From Narcine bancroftii (Eukaryota), in NCBI RefSeq assembly GCF_036971445.1, contig NC_091476.1, positions 149,420,001-149,484,000 on the forward strand: 64,000 nt of DNA, in the 5' to 3' direction. Shown here piece after piece: positions 49,580 through 62,280 of the stretch (its first letter is position 1; every line of letters starts with the position of its first letter). The translations under genes and the position numbers were made by a program. The notes below the pieces were generated by a model. The model searched no databases and was not told where the DNA came from. It was given only the letters and a program-made list of their open reading frames with translations.

Positions 49580-49960
49580 TTGCTGCATCACTCTCTGGTA
49601 TGGAGGTGCCAATGCACGGGACATAAAAAGACTACAAAGTGTTGGGAACTTGCCAGCACCATCATGGGCATCAGACTTCACTCCATCGAGAACATCTACA
49701 AGAGCTGGTGTCTTAAGAAAGCAGCCACTATCTGCAAGGACCTCACCACCCAGACCATGCCCTCTTCTACAAGAGTCTGAAGATGAACATTCAACGCTAC
49801 AAAAATAGACAATGAATCACAGAAACTACTCATTTTTTCTTCTACACTAATTTATTTATTTTTAATAATGTAATTTATAGGAATATTTGCACCTGTAATG
49901 CTGCCACAAAACAATGAATTTCGTGACATGCTTATGACAATAAATTCTGATTCTGATTGT
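49580..49960 (+). mobile_element. Rex1/Babar LINE 3' fragment
   Basis: CCITLWYGGANA.D.KRLQ and LHSIENIYKSWCLKKAATICKD; tail ACAATAAATTCTGATTCTGA. Confidence 0.6.
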
Positions 49961-50064
49961 AATTCTAAGTCAGGATATTGTTGCCTGGGGATTCTCCCAT
50001 GCTCCTCTATCTTCTATTAGAATAGTATTTTCACTCACATTTATCTCTACTTTTAAATTTAAAT

Positions 50065-50303
50065 GTTGACCTACGGCATGGTTACAGGCCATTCCAGCCC
50101 ACGAGTCCATGCAGCAAAATTCACACCTAATTAACCTACATCCCCAGTACGTTTTGAACAGTGGAAGGAAACCAGAAATCCCATGGAAAACCCACGCAAA
50201 CATGGGGAGAACATGCCAACTCCTTACAGACAGCGCAAGATTTGAACCCTGGTCCCGATTGTTGGCACTGTAAAGGTGAAGAACTAACTGCTACGCTAAC
50301 CAG
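50065..50303 (-). mobile_element. V-SINE-type SINE
   Basis: GGAAGGAAACCAG..GGAAAACCCACGCA..GGGGAGAAC..AACTCCTTACAGACAG; B-box complement GATTTGAACC. Confidence 0.65.
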
Positions 50304-52370
50304 CATTTTCTATTTTTTGTTCGCTGTTTGTCTCAAGGCCGAGATTATAATGCCAGCCATCACTGCTTTGTTCTGCATCATTGCCCTACTCTGAATATCT
50401 TCCTGACTCATCAGAAAGTTAATAGTCTACTAGCAAGAAAGCAGCAAACTCAACAAGAACAATTGGGATAATTGATAACAAATCTGTTATTGTCACTTCT
50501 GCTCTGGTGTTGACTATGGCCTTGAAGCAAATTTCCTCCCCAAAGTGCTGAAGGAACGAGGTCACATGTTTTTTTTCTCCAGACAATCCAGTAGATCTCA
50601 CAATTTTGTTTTCAATTACTTGAGTTTAACCTCCTCGGTTACAGTTGAGGGATTCAAACTCATGTCTCTTCTTGTTCAGGCCTTTGGATGTCTAAAGTAG
50701 ATAAATCCTGAATGACCATATTCTCTGCATTTCCTTCTGTGTCCCCTGTGATAGGAGAGAACTGTGATCGTGATCCCCACCACAGCAGCATTATGACTGG
50801 TGATGTCTTTCAGGCAGTGGTGGGTGGGGAGGGGGGGTGGGGGGGGCGGGGGGGGGTGTGGTTGGTCGGTTGGTCACTGAAAACTTTTTCACCTTCACAG
50901 CAATCAAAGCAGCCACTGCAAACTTATTGCAACCCATTGGAGCACATTCACCTTTCCAGGTCAGTAGTGGGTTATTTTCCCAGTGCCTATCCCACCTCTC
51001 ATCTCTTCCACCAATTCTACCTTGCCATAGAACCGCCACCTAGTTCTGGCTAACCAGAACTACACATCCAGAATAGAACAAGAAAAACTACCAGTGGGCA
51101 AAGTCATGCCTGAGTGAATCCACGTCAGGTTCTAAAGGTCAAAGATATCTCAAGTAGTAGGTAATAATTAACAGTTTCAATTTAGCCTTTATCAGGAGTC
51201 AGGAAATCTGAACAATAAATGAGGCACATTAACACAATCTAAAATAATTGCTTTAATTTCAATCAGCATTGCATTGTCAAGAAAATGGATCAATGTAACC
51301 TGGTTCCTCTCTCAATCCTCAAGAGCAGGCCAGGATGTGGGCTTCATTCTGCGATCACATTGTGGGGCCTGTTTTACTGGCAGGAAGAATAAAAGAAAGA
51401 AGGGGGCATGAACTGTGAACTGAGGAACCCTGTTACCAATTCAAAGCAAACAGAAAAGGTGTCAGGGCAGTTGGTGACGGAGAATGAATGTTATCTTTGC
51501 CATGGACATCCACATCCTGAAAAGAAATTTGAAAACAGACAAGCCAGTCATATTATTTTGGATGAATTTAACAATTTCTTCAAGCTTAGACCTGAATTAT
51601 TCTTGGTTGGTCCTTTGCCATCATTAGTCTCACCATTTCTGCCTTCTCTTCTGTTCAGCTACTTGCCCCTGCTTGTTTGAGTGAAGCAACATTTTGTGAA
51701 CAGTTCCCAATAGATCTTCTCTTTTAAGACCATTAGATATAGGAACAGAAACAGGCCATTCAGCCCATTGAATCTGTCCTGCCATTTAATCATCAGCTGA
51801 TCCATTTTCCCATTCTGCCCAGCTTTCTCCCCCTAATTGTTAACCCTGACTAATCAAGAACCTATCAATCTCTGCCTTAAATACACCCAATGACGTGGCC
51901 TCCACAAACACATGGCATCAAATTCCACAGATTTACCATCCTCTGAAGAAATTCTTATGCAGTTCTCTTCTCAGCAGGCACCATTCAATTTTGAAGTTGT
52001 GCCCTCTTGTCCTGGGCTCTCCCATCATGGGAAACAACCTTTCTACCTACTCTGTCCACACCTTTCAACATTCAACATGTTTCAATGTGATCCAACCTCA
52101 TTCTCCTAAATTCCAATGAGTACTGGCTAAGAGCTGTCAGATGCCCCTCATATGATAACCCGTTCATTTCTAGAATCATTCTAGTGAACCTCCTTTGAAC
52201 CCTCTCCAAGGACAGTACACCGCTTCTTAAACGAGGAGCTCAAAATTGCTCACAATACTCTGTGAGGTCTCACCAGTGCAAACATACATATTATAACCAT
52301 CTTATGACATTACTATATATATAAAAAAATAACAATAATAGTGGACGAAAAGTAAGGCCATGTCTTTAGT

Positions 52371-52562
52371 TCATTTCTCATTCAGGAATCTGATGGCAGC
52401 AGAGAAGAAGCTGTCCTTGTGCCACTGAGTGCTCGTCTTGAGGCTCCTGTACCCTTTTCCTGATGGTAGCAGAGTGAAGAGGGCATGACCTGGGTGGTGA
52501 GGGTCCTTGAGAATAGAGGCTGCTTTCTTAAGACGCTGCCTCTTGTAGATGTCCTCAATGAC
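52371..52562 (-). mobile_element. Rex1/Babar LINE 3' fragment (adjacent CR1-type 3' fragment ~51725-52280)
   Basis: IEDIYKRQRLKKAASILKDPHHPGHALFTLLPSGKGYRSLKT..KDSFFSAAIRFLN. Confidence 0.65.
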
Positions 52563-54107
52563 TGATGCCCTTTTGAAGAAAGTGGGAACCTCAGACTGCA
52601 GCCATGAGAGGTTGAAAAGCAATGAGAGCCAATCAGCTGGTGAGGTTTCCTTCCTTCATTCATTGAACATGGGTGAGGTTTAAGACTGGCTCATCATTAG
52701 CTGGCCCTTGAGAAGGGTGGTAATGAGCCATCTCTTGTCAATGACCACAGTCTTTCTGGCAAACTCCCATTTTGGAAGGGATTGGAAGACAGAGACAATC
52801 TATATATTGCACTGACTGGTTTCACTTGGGCAGTTAGATACTGTGGCTGGTGCAAGGTTCAAGAATTCCAATGGGAGTTTCGGATATGCCATGCAATAGG
52901 ATACACAAAACACCCTATTCACCAGGCCTCTTTTTGTGGGTTACAAATATCCAAGATATACAAGTCAATTGATGCATGTCCCTCCTATCATTCACTGTGC
53001 TATCTAATCCTTATGCACTATTTACAATGCAACAGTTCCATGCTTTATTTCCATATAGACAAGATACCACAAAGGGTTTTGTTACATATGGAAATTGAGC
53101 AGGCTACAACCACAAAGCAAAACTAAGTTACAACAGCAATCCCATGTACCAGTTGAAACACTAAGGAAATATCATTTCTGTTTATTCAGAGCCTGATCTT
53201 TTGTGATTGTGACACCCTTCCAGTAAAGTGATCAGATCAGGGGGTAGCTCTTTGAGGTTACAAGTTAAAATGCACACAAATAACTGAGATTTGTTACTAA
53301 TGTCACTGCATTGCAAATTTTGATAGAAAGCTGATGTTGTTTACTTCATAGGAAAGCTCTGATCTTTCTAAATGGAGGGTGGTTCCGTTCAGGATAATGA
53401 GGTCAGTATGTCTCTATCCTGCAGGTCCCTTCAGCATACTTCATCCTCTTTGTTGCTATAGTTAGCAAAGTCATCTTTTCACCAGCTGTCTTGGGATTTT
53501 AGATACTCAGTGACCACTACCTTTTCAGAAGTGGGATTGGGACGCAGAAGCCAAACGATCTGACAAACTGTATTCACCAATTAGTGGTGGCATTGGAGTG
53601 GCTCGGTGAGGGAGGGAATGGAACTTGTAACTCAATTTTAGTGGACTCAAGAGGAGGAGAAAGCAAAATGTTTAATTTGATCCAGTTGGCTGTTTGAGGC
53701 TGTAGACATCAGGGATCGGCTGTGCTTGTGAAGCCCCATCTGACATTCAGTTACATTCAGTTTCACTTCAACCATGCTGACACAGAAAGATACCTGAACT
53801 TACTTGGCAACTTTAAAGGTGATAGGAAATTGATACATCTTTGAAAAGGAACAGCATCCTGGGGTTTCTAAAGATAGGGAAATGGTAGAAAAAAAACCAA
53901 ATGAGATTGGCTTGTCCTTCGTTAATCAGTGTTTTGACCTCAGTTCTGGAACTTAACTAGGGGAATTATAGTGAAACCCTTCAGTAGAAAGTTATGAAGT
54001 ATGGTATTGGGAATGATGGGGATGTGATGTGCGGAGGAGGAAGACACAAAAGTCTGCAGACACCATGGATGAAGTAAAAACACCATGCTGGAGAAACTCA
54101 GCAGGTT

Positions 54108-54472
54108 TCAGCATTTTAGATTGAGGTCCAGACTTTCAACAGCAGGAAATGTTAGAGATAACCTACCAGTCTGTTCACAGAAGAATCTTTCTCATTGTAC
54201 AAGCTATTTTGTGACAAATGAACTCATGATTTGATTGCAGCAGTGTGTAAAGTTGCAAACTGGAATGAAAGCAGAAAACAATAGAACAATTTAGCAAGTC
54301 AAGTAGCATCTGGGTGAAGAAATGTAGAGTTAACATTTCAGGTGGCCCATGAACCTGGCTCACAATATGGCTGGTGGATGCGGCGATCATGAGGGCCCCG
54401 CAGGGACTAATGGCCGTTGACCTCCTGCATGGTGGGAAACAGTGTGTAATGGCAGGAATGCTGGCACTGTGA
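54108..54472. repeat. Composite local duplication: inverted copy of 55503-55738 joined to a direct copy of 55973-56102
   Basis: Direct sequence comparison; only a few substitutions in each segment. Confidence 0.9.
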
Positions 54473-57357
54473 GAGCACTAAGAGAGCAAAGATAAAGATA
54501 CCTATCCAATGTTTTGAAATGTAGGCAGACGCCTAATCAAAACCTTGGAGGGGGAGGGGCAGGAGGAGGAACACAATCCCACAGGCAGGAGGCATGAGGT
54601 GGGTTAGGAATGTGTGATTGTAGAATCTGTGAATTTTCACACAAGGAAAGAAATGATCAGGGGAAGAGGTGGTCCCACTCATGGCAATAATCACTTGCTA
54701 CAGTGACATTGGTCCAATGATCAATATAAATGGACCACACACAATAATGCCTCTGGAAGTGCCATCTGGGAACATGTGTCCAGATCTATGGCATTGTACC
54801 TTGAGCCGACATTCTGAGCCACAGTACGAGAGCAGACAGGATACTGAGCCATGTCAGGGAGGGAAGATGGTATGAGTAATGCAGTACTCCTTGGCCCTCA
54901 GTGAAGGAGGAGGTCTGCAGCGATGAAGAGAACCAGTCTGGCAACCAATGACAGTGGCACTCAGCATCCGGGTCAGCAGCTGCATGCAAGACCTGCTGAA
55001 CTTGGATGCTTGCCATGCCCAGTGCTGACTGTGAATGAGTAGGTTACATACAACGATCAAGGAGGCCAAGAAATACTTTGAAAGCGAAACAGAGAAAAAA
55101 GTTGAATGATGCATCTTCCTGTTGCGGTCGGATACTGCCTGTTTGTTTCCTTGAGCAGTTGGCAGCTTTTGCTCTTTCCAAGCTTCACACCATTCACTGA
55201 ACACTTCCAGCTGTAGAGAATCTTCAGGAACAGCCACAGAGCAACAGGAGCCTCAAATCAGCAGGAAAACATAAAGGCAGAGGCTTATATGATCAGTGGA
55301 TTCAGTTCTTTCTTTCTAAATTTCTACTTTGCAATGAAATTTAAAAAAAATATAAACACTCAGTAGAACAGGCAGCATCTATGGAAAAAAACAGAGTCCC
55401 TTTTTTAAGCCAAAGACCCTTTCCCACCACAAAATGAATTAACTTCTGAGTTTTTCTACCCCTGATTTATATTTGTTAGGGGTAATGTAGGAAAGGTCTA
55501 AGACCTGAAATGTTAACTCTACATTTCTTCACCCAGATGCTACTTGACTTGCTAAATTGTTCTATTGTTTTCTGCTTTCATTCCAGTTTGCAACTTTACA
55601 CACTGCTGCAATCAAATCATGAGTTCATTTGTCACAAAATAGCTTGTACAGTGAGAAAGATTCTTCTGTGAACAGACTGGTAGGTTATCTCTAACATTTC
55701 CTGCTGTTGAAATTCTGGACCTCAACCTAAAATGCTGATAGATGCTGCCTGAATCGCTGAGTGTGTTTTTTTGCTCTGAATGTCAGCACCCACAGTCTCT
55801 TCTGTCTCCTGCAGGTTCTCCCTCCTTTCACGAACCATCCCAAGATGGAAGAGTATACCAATCCTTCATTGTTGCTGGGTCTAAACTTAGAATTTCCTCC
55901 CCAATAGCACAGAGGACTGTCGGCAGTTTGACAAGATAGCTCACCTGAGGGAAAACAAGAGTGAACATGTAATGGCCCGTGAACCTGGCTCACAATATGG
56001 CCGGTGGATGCGGCGATCGTGAGGGCCCTGCAGGGACTAATGGCCGTTGACCTCCTGCATGGTGGGAAACAGTGTGTAATGGCAGGAATGCTGGCACTGT
56101 GATGATGTCATCAGAGGCAGGGAGTGAAACAATACATTTTTAGCAATGCACATTTTTTTGTTGTAGATGGTGATATCTACATTTGTCTAGATCTGTGCAT
56201 CTGTATGCATTTACGTGGTACTTTTAAGTCAGTAAACAGCCTGAGGAAGATTGACAGGGATGTTATCAAAGAGCATTTCACTACAAAACAGCCAAAACGA
56301 AATTATAGGGAAAGAGAGGTGGACACTATGGGGAGAGAATTCCTGAGCGTAGGGTCTTGCATGCTGAGGTCACAACCGCCAATGATGTCATAGAGTTTTA
56401 CATCACGGAAATAGGCCCTTTGTCCCAACTTATCTATGCTGACCTAGTTGTCCACCCAACCAAGTTCTGTTTGCCGGCATTTGGCCCAGGTACCTATCTC
56501 CTATCCGTTTACCTTTCTAAATATGTTTTAAAAGTTTAATTGTCCCCTCTCTACCACTTCCACTAGTAGCTCGTAACAAATACCCACCACCCTCTGTGTG
56601 AAAAATTGTCTCTCTGCCCCCTTTAAATCCATCCCCTCTCACCTTCAATCCAAGGCCTCTAGTTTTAGACTCCCCTACCTTGGGGAATGAGAGTATGATT
56701 ATATATCTTATCTCTGCTCTTCATAAATTTGGCAATTATGTTCAAAGATGAGTGATGGATATTAAGGTTGCAGAAGTGAAAACAATAGGGGTAAGAGCAC
56801 AGACGGAATCTAAAGTAATGAGATCATCTCTTGTTACTTGTTAAAAAATAATCTTAATTTTAAATTGAATGCAAACAGATAAGAAATCAAATTTGCCTCC
56901 TTGTCAGGATCTTCAACAGATTGAAGTGTTAGGATGGTACAAGTGTGACCCCTTGTGGTGAACAATTAATATCAATCTAAAAAAACCCATGATGGTTGTA
57001 GGAATGGAGCCATAGATTGTAAAATGATGGCAGGTCTTTTACAGCACAGATTAGTTGAGAAAAGAGCAGGGGATTGGAATTGATAGCACTGGGATTCCCT
57101 TTGAAAGAGCTTGTGCTGGCGGATCAGCAGAGTTGTCTCCTTCTGCACTGCGTTATTCTATAATTCCCCTCTGTATTTATCTTTGAGGCCCCAGCAGTGG
57201 CCACTTCTCATGTGAAGGGTGAAAAGAACAGATTTTGATCTGGGACCACATGGTCACAGAGTCATAGGGTTTAACAGAATGGAAACAGGCTCTTCAGCCC
57301 AGCCAGCAGAACGTGCTGACCACCCAAGTGAGTCCCATTTTTTTGCATTCTTCTTTC

Positions 57358-57717
57358 CAGTGGTTTTCAAACTGCCCCCTAAACTCATATTCCACCTATG
57401 CCATAAGTGCTCTGTGATTAGTAAGGGATTGGTTAAGGTATTATGTGAGTGGGAAGGGAAGATTGAGAACCACTGCTCTAGACCAATTGTTACTGAAATA
57501 TTTCGCTTAAGAAAAATTGATATTGGCCTATTTCCTTTGGAGTTATGAAACCGTGCACATAATGAGTTAATTAGGGACAATTAAAAGAGTGGTTTTCAAA
57601 CTTTTTCTTTCCAGTCACATTCCACCTTAATCAATCGCTTACTAATTACAGAGCATTTATGGCAGAGGGATTGCTTAAGGTGGAATGTGAGTTTAGGGGT
57701 CAGTTTGAAAACCACTG
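57358..57717. mobile_element. Composite hAT/Charlie-like MITE, second copy (opposite orientation to 47673-48048)
   Basis: TIRs CAGTGGTTTTCAAACTG...CAGTTTGAAAACCACTG; the core is the reverse complement of ~47806-47916; CTCTAGAC/CTCTAAAC flanks resemble the Charlie target consensus. Confidence 0.75.
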
Positions 57718-59252
57718 CTCTAAACCTTTCCAATCCATGCACCTGTCCAAATATCTTTTAAAGTCTACAGTTGTACCCATCTCTATCAATTCCTCTGCCA
57801 CATAACCACCACCTTTCAAATCTTTCCCCTCTATAATACATGGGCCTTATGATTTTCTAAATCTCCATAATGTCCCCCTTTACCTCCTATGCTTTGAGAA
57901 GAGACCCAGCCTATCTAGCCTCTCTGCCAGACCCAGTAACATTCATGTGTATCTATTCTGCACCCTTTCCAGCTTAATGATGCACTTCCAATATCTGGCC
58001 AACCAGTGCCCCCCACAATGTGTTATGCTACTCAATGGTAGACAGTTGCTGAGTGCCACCAATATTATTTCAGGGTTTGGGAAGTGTGACTCTTCTGCCT
58101 ACTCTCCCCATTGGCTCTGCCTGTGGGTTCCTGATCTGTACCTCTCTTTGAGAAGGGGTAAGTATTGGCAAAAAGGATTCAGATGCCAATTGATTCATGA
58201 GATCCTCATTCTGACCATAGGCTGTCAGTTGGCCTCTCCATCCCCATTCTACGATGGAGTACATGAAACAAAAACCTTGTATTTCTAACACATCCGTAGA
58301 GATGAGGAGAAATTTCTTCAGCCAGAAAGTGGTGAATCTGTGGAATTCGTTGCCAAGACAGTGGTATATTTAAAGTGAATTTGCTGGGTTCTTGATAAGT
58401 AAGGGTGTCAAAGCTCATGGAGATTGAATCAAGAGCAAAAATACATCAACCATGATTAAAATGGCAGAGCAGTCTTGATGTGCCACATGGCCTAATTGGA
58501 CTCCTCTGTCTTATGGATTTATTTTCATGTCCCATACAGGATGTTCCACAGAAGTTATGCCATAGAACATTAAAACACAGAAAGAGGCCCTTTGGCCCTT
58601 CTAGTCTGTGCCGATCCATTTTTTATGTCTCATCCCACTGACCTGCACGCAGTCCATAGCCGTCCATATCTCTCCCATCCATGTACCTGTCCAAATTCTT
58701 CTTAAATGTTAAAATTAAGCCCACATTCACCACTTCAGCTGGCAGCTCCTTCCACACTCTCACCACTCTGTGTGAAGAAGTTACCCCTAAACTTTACCTG
58801 TTCACCCTTAACCCATGCCAATGAACCTTAATAGACGTGCTGACGCCACTGTGGTATAGGAGTGTGGGCAGAGAACCTTGCCACAGGCAGGAGAAGTTTT
58901 AACCAGTGGAGAAAGGGTTAAAAGTCCTTTTTTTTTTCAACTCAGCCTGCTGTTCAATTAAGCAACAGACTGGCTATAAGACTGGAGCAATCAGATCCAA
59001 TAGGAAACTGGATGAACGCTGTCCTTGGGGGATGGCCTGAATGTCAGAAGTGTGAGGAAAGATGAGTAGGAGACACATTAATTTCACACTCAGCTGAACA
59101 GTCTTCTTCTGGTATTGTCTGTCACTACGGTGTAGCCTGGGAGAAATTCCAGTGGAAGAAGGAAAACAATACAGGGTGAAACCTACGGCTGGTTTTGAAT
59201 TCCAGTTCCTGGTCTGGGCGAGGATGTGGAAGAAGTCTCAGTGCTTGAAAGT

Positions 59253-59321
59253 GGGCCAATCAAATGGCACGGAGCAGGGTTGAGTCATAGAGCTAGGACA
59301 ATCTGATTGGGCAGCCAATCC
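59253..59321 (+). promoter_or_regulatory. CCAAT-box cluster upstream of Rho-like gene 2
   Basis: GGGCCAATCA (~59253), CTGATTGG (~59303) and AGCCAATC (~59313) within 180 bp of the ATG. Confidence 0.5.
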
Positions 59322-59431
59322 AGCTCTGATCCACAAAAACTCCCCTCTCGCTACGAGAACTGGTAATACACCTGACTGAAGGAGTGGTGTGTGTTGATCC
59401 TGAATCAGAGCAAACCCTTCCTGAAGCAGGC

Positions 59432-60016
59432 ATGGCAACTGTGAGGAGGAAGCTGGTGGTGGTTGGAGATGGGGGCTGCGGCAAGACCAGCCTGCTCTTT
59501 GTATTGAGCCGGGATGAGTTCCCTGAAGATTATGTCCCCACTGTCTTTGAGACCTACGTGGCAGACATTGAGGTGAACCAGAAACAGGTGGAGCTGGCTC
59601 TGTGGGACACAGCGGGGCAGGAGGACTACGATCGCCTGCGACCCCTCTCCTACCCTGATACCCACGTCATCCTGGTCTGCTTCTCGGTCGGCAGCCCTGA
59701 CTCCCTGTGGAACATTCCAGAGAAGTGGATGCCTGAGGTCAGGCACTTCTGCCCTGGGGTACCTGTGGTGTTGGTGGGCAACAAGAAGGACCTGAGGAGC
59801 GATGAGAGGACCAGGCGGGAGCTGGCATGGAGCAAGAAGGAGCCGGTGAGGTGGGAGGAGGGCCAAGCCATGGCGGAGAAGATCGGCGCCCACGCCTACC
59901 TGGAATGTTCAGCCAAGACGAAGGAGGGTGTCTGGGAGGTGTTCGAGATGGCCACACGGGCCACTTTGAAGGAGACCCAGATGGGATGCTTTGACTGCCA
60001 GTGCATCTTGCTGTAA
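59432..60016 (+). CDS. Intronless RhoB-like small GTPase, copy 2 (194 aa, CAAX = CILL)
   Basis: ATG at 59432 in strong Kozak context (GGCATGG). All G boxes intact. Tail [10 protein letters not shown] resembles RhoB GCINCCKVL. The upstream GTG start in the ORF track is unlikely to be used. Confidence 0.92.
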   Translation: MATVRRKLVVVGDGGCGKTSLLFVLSRDEFPEDYVPTVFETYVADIEVNQKQVELALWDTAGQEDYDRLRPLSYPDTHVILVCFSVGSPDSLWNIPEKWMPEVRHFCPGVPVVLVGNKKDLRSDERTRRELAWSKKEPVRWEEGQAMAEKIGAHAYLECSAKTKEGVWEVFEMATRATLKETQMGCFDCQCILL

Positions 60017-61379
60017 CAATGTACTTGAGCAGACAAAGGGAACTCGTGTTTACTGAAGACTGGTGATCTGGTGCAGGGGCAAATGACTGCATCAGACAGA
60101 GGACAAGCAGCATCAGATAGAGGTGACAATATTTGTTGAAAATACTATCAAGGGATGTGTAAAAACTTGGATTGTCAGTCTGTGAGAAAGAGAATGAATT
60201 TTAAATGTTTTCCAGCCTGTTAAAACTGATGTGTTTAACAGCTCTTGATTTCTTTAGTCAAATTCTAATGAACAAACAAAATAACTTTCTGTGTTGTGTA
60301 CAGCCGTTAATTAACCTAAATTGACCCTCTGGTCTCTCTAACATCAGAGGCTGAGCCTGTTTTCTCAGGTGGATTGTTTCTCAACACATTCCTTCTCAGG
60401 ACGGTGGAGGCACCCAGCAAGTCCGGCAGCATCAGGGAGGTGGATACAGAATTCGATGAGCCTTCCTCAGAACCAACAATGATTTCCCTCCACAGATGCT
60501 GCCCTGGCTGAACAGTTCCAGAATCATCTTTTTGAAAATCGCTAGAAATCTGCAGGTGCAGGAAACATGTGATTCAAACTCAGAAAATGCTGGAAGGTCC
60601 AGGTCGTAAAAGATTGTCATTTGTATGAAGGACATTAGCATGGATTGGGATCATGGAAGAGGTGGGTTGAAGGGCTTTACCAATTTATAATGCCATGACT
60701 CATTGAATGCGTCAGGATGCAATAGTATGTGTAGGCATCAAAGTTGGTGTTTAATTTGGGACTTGGAGGCAGGAAGGATGATGCTGTGTGGACCTGCTGC
60801 ATGAGGTTGGTTGAGGTGTGGGGGGGGGGGGTAGTGGTGGCTAGGCATAAGTACCTATCTTGCTAAGTATGTACCCCCCCCCCCCCCCACAGAGGTGGTA
60901 GCTCTATTTGGCTTCTGTTTTCAGGGTTGGGGAAAGAGATGGGAGAAAAGGAACAAACCCTAGTGTCATCCCCAAATAACCATCCTCTTTTCTGTGCATT
61001 TACTTTGAACTGGGGTTAGCTATAGCCTCTGAAGTTAGAGCCCACAGACTCTTTTAGTCATATAGAACATGTGGCTGTGAAGTATGTTTGCATGATTAGA
61101 GTTCAGGGAGACTGTAGACAGAAAAAAATCCATCCAGAACTAGCATTAATTAAGTATAAACCATTCTGGAGTACATTAATGAAGGGAACTGTATCTTTAT
61201 TTTTGCTGTATAAAGTACACTGTTTCACCTGCTGAGTTTCTCCAGTGTTGTCATTTTACTTCTCCATGGTGTCTGCAAACTTTCATGTTTTACCTTTAGC
61301 ACCTAGTTACTTGTCTGAAATGTATTAGATTCCTTGTATTCCTAGGACGGGATCCCAGTGTGTACAGGGAAGAAAACCT

Positions 61380-61575
61380 TTTGAATAATGTGTGTATAAT
61401 AGTTTCAAAAATATTTTTTAAAAGATATTATTTAATTGTTTTTGGTTGTAAAATTATATAATCATGTTTTTTTTTACACTGAAAACTAAACACTGAAGCA
61501 GAAGAAAAATAAATATTTCACAGCAAATGGTTGTGTTCTGTTTTGGAAATAAAACTTTCATTTGAATAAATTAAT
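61380..61575 (+). terminator. Probable 3' end of Rho-like gene 2: AU-rich tract with clustered AATAAA poly(A) signals
   Basis: AATAAA at ~61508, ~61548 and ~61565 following a U/A-rich stretch. Confidence 0.45.
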
Positions 61576-61804
61576 TTAATATAATGAAAACCTGTGCGGT
61601 GGTGTCTGAGTGAAGGTCAGTTTTGATTGAGGGGTTACTGAAGAGCAAAAGCTATACCCAGAAATTTCTGGAGCTGTGGGAGTCACTTACCTTTCAAAGA
61701 AGCAGTGGAGGAATGATGGTCTGTTTCCTTAATTCAAGATGGCAGGAGCTGTGGATTTGGAAAGGTTCTATTTCCAACCATGCAAACTCAATGGAGGTGG
61801 TGTT

Positions 61805-62280
61805 AGTGGATGAGCATAAGAAATAGGAGCAGGAGTCGGCCATCCGGCACGTCGAGCCTTCTCCACCATTCAATAAGGTCACGGCTGATCTGATGATCAG
61901 CTCATCTCCACCTATCTGCCTTTTCTCCATATTCCTTAATTCCCTTACTATGTAAAAATCTACCCAACCTTTGCTTAAATATATTTACTGAGGTAGTCTT
62001 CACTACTTCAATGGGTAGCGAATTCCATAGATTCACCACCTTCCAGGAAAAGTAGTTCCTCCTCATCTCTGACCTAAATCTACTACCCTGGATCTTGAGG
62101 CTCTGTCCCTGGTTCTAGTCTCCCCACCAATGGAAACAACTTACCTTCTTCTATCTTATCTACACCTTTCATAATTGTATAGGTTTCTATAGGATCCCTT
62201 CTCATTCTTCTGAATTCCAGTGAGTACAGCCCCAGACGACTCAATCTCCTCATAGGCTAACCCCTTCATCTCTGGAATGC
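61805..62280 (-). mobile_element. CR1-type LINE 3' fragment (similar fragments at ~48520-48985, 56390-56730, 58290-58520, 58560-58820)
   Basis: CATAAGAAATAGGAGCAGGAGTCGGCCAT...GAATTCCA.AGATTCACCAC is the reverse complement of a CR1/L2-type 3' end. Confidence 0.6.

Noticed and set aside
54780-55260. Coding-like stretch (e.g. TIKEAKKYFE)
   Set aside because: Stops in all frames and no family I can identify; probably a decayed LINE fragment.
59384-59431. 16-aa N-terminal extension of Rho copy 2 from a GTG start
   Set aside because: The ATG at 59432 has a strong Kozak context and matches the normal Rho N-terminus; nothing supports non-AUG initiation.
60017-61575. Pumilio response elements (TGTAnATA) in the Rho 3' UTRs, suggesting regulation by the neighbouring PUM1
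   Set aside because: Only partial matches (TGTATAAT, TGTAAAAT, TGTATAAA) were seen, with no perfect element.
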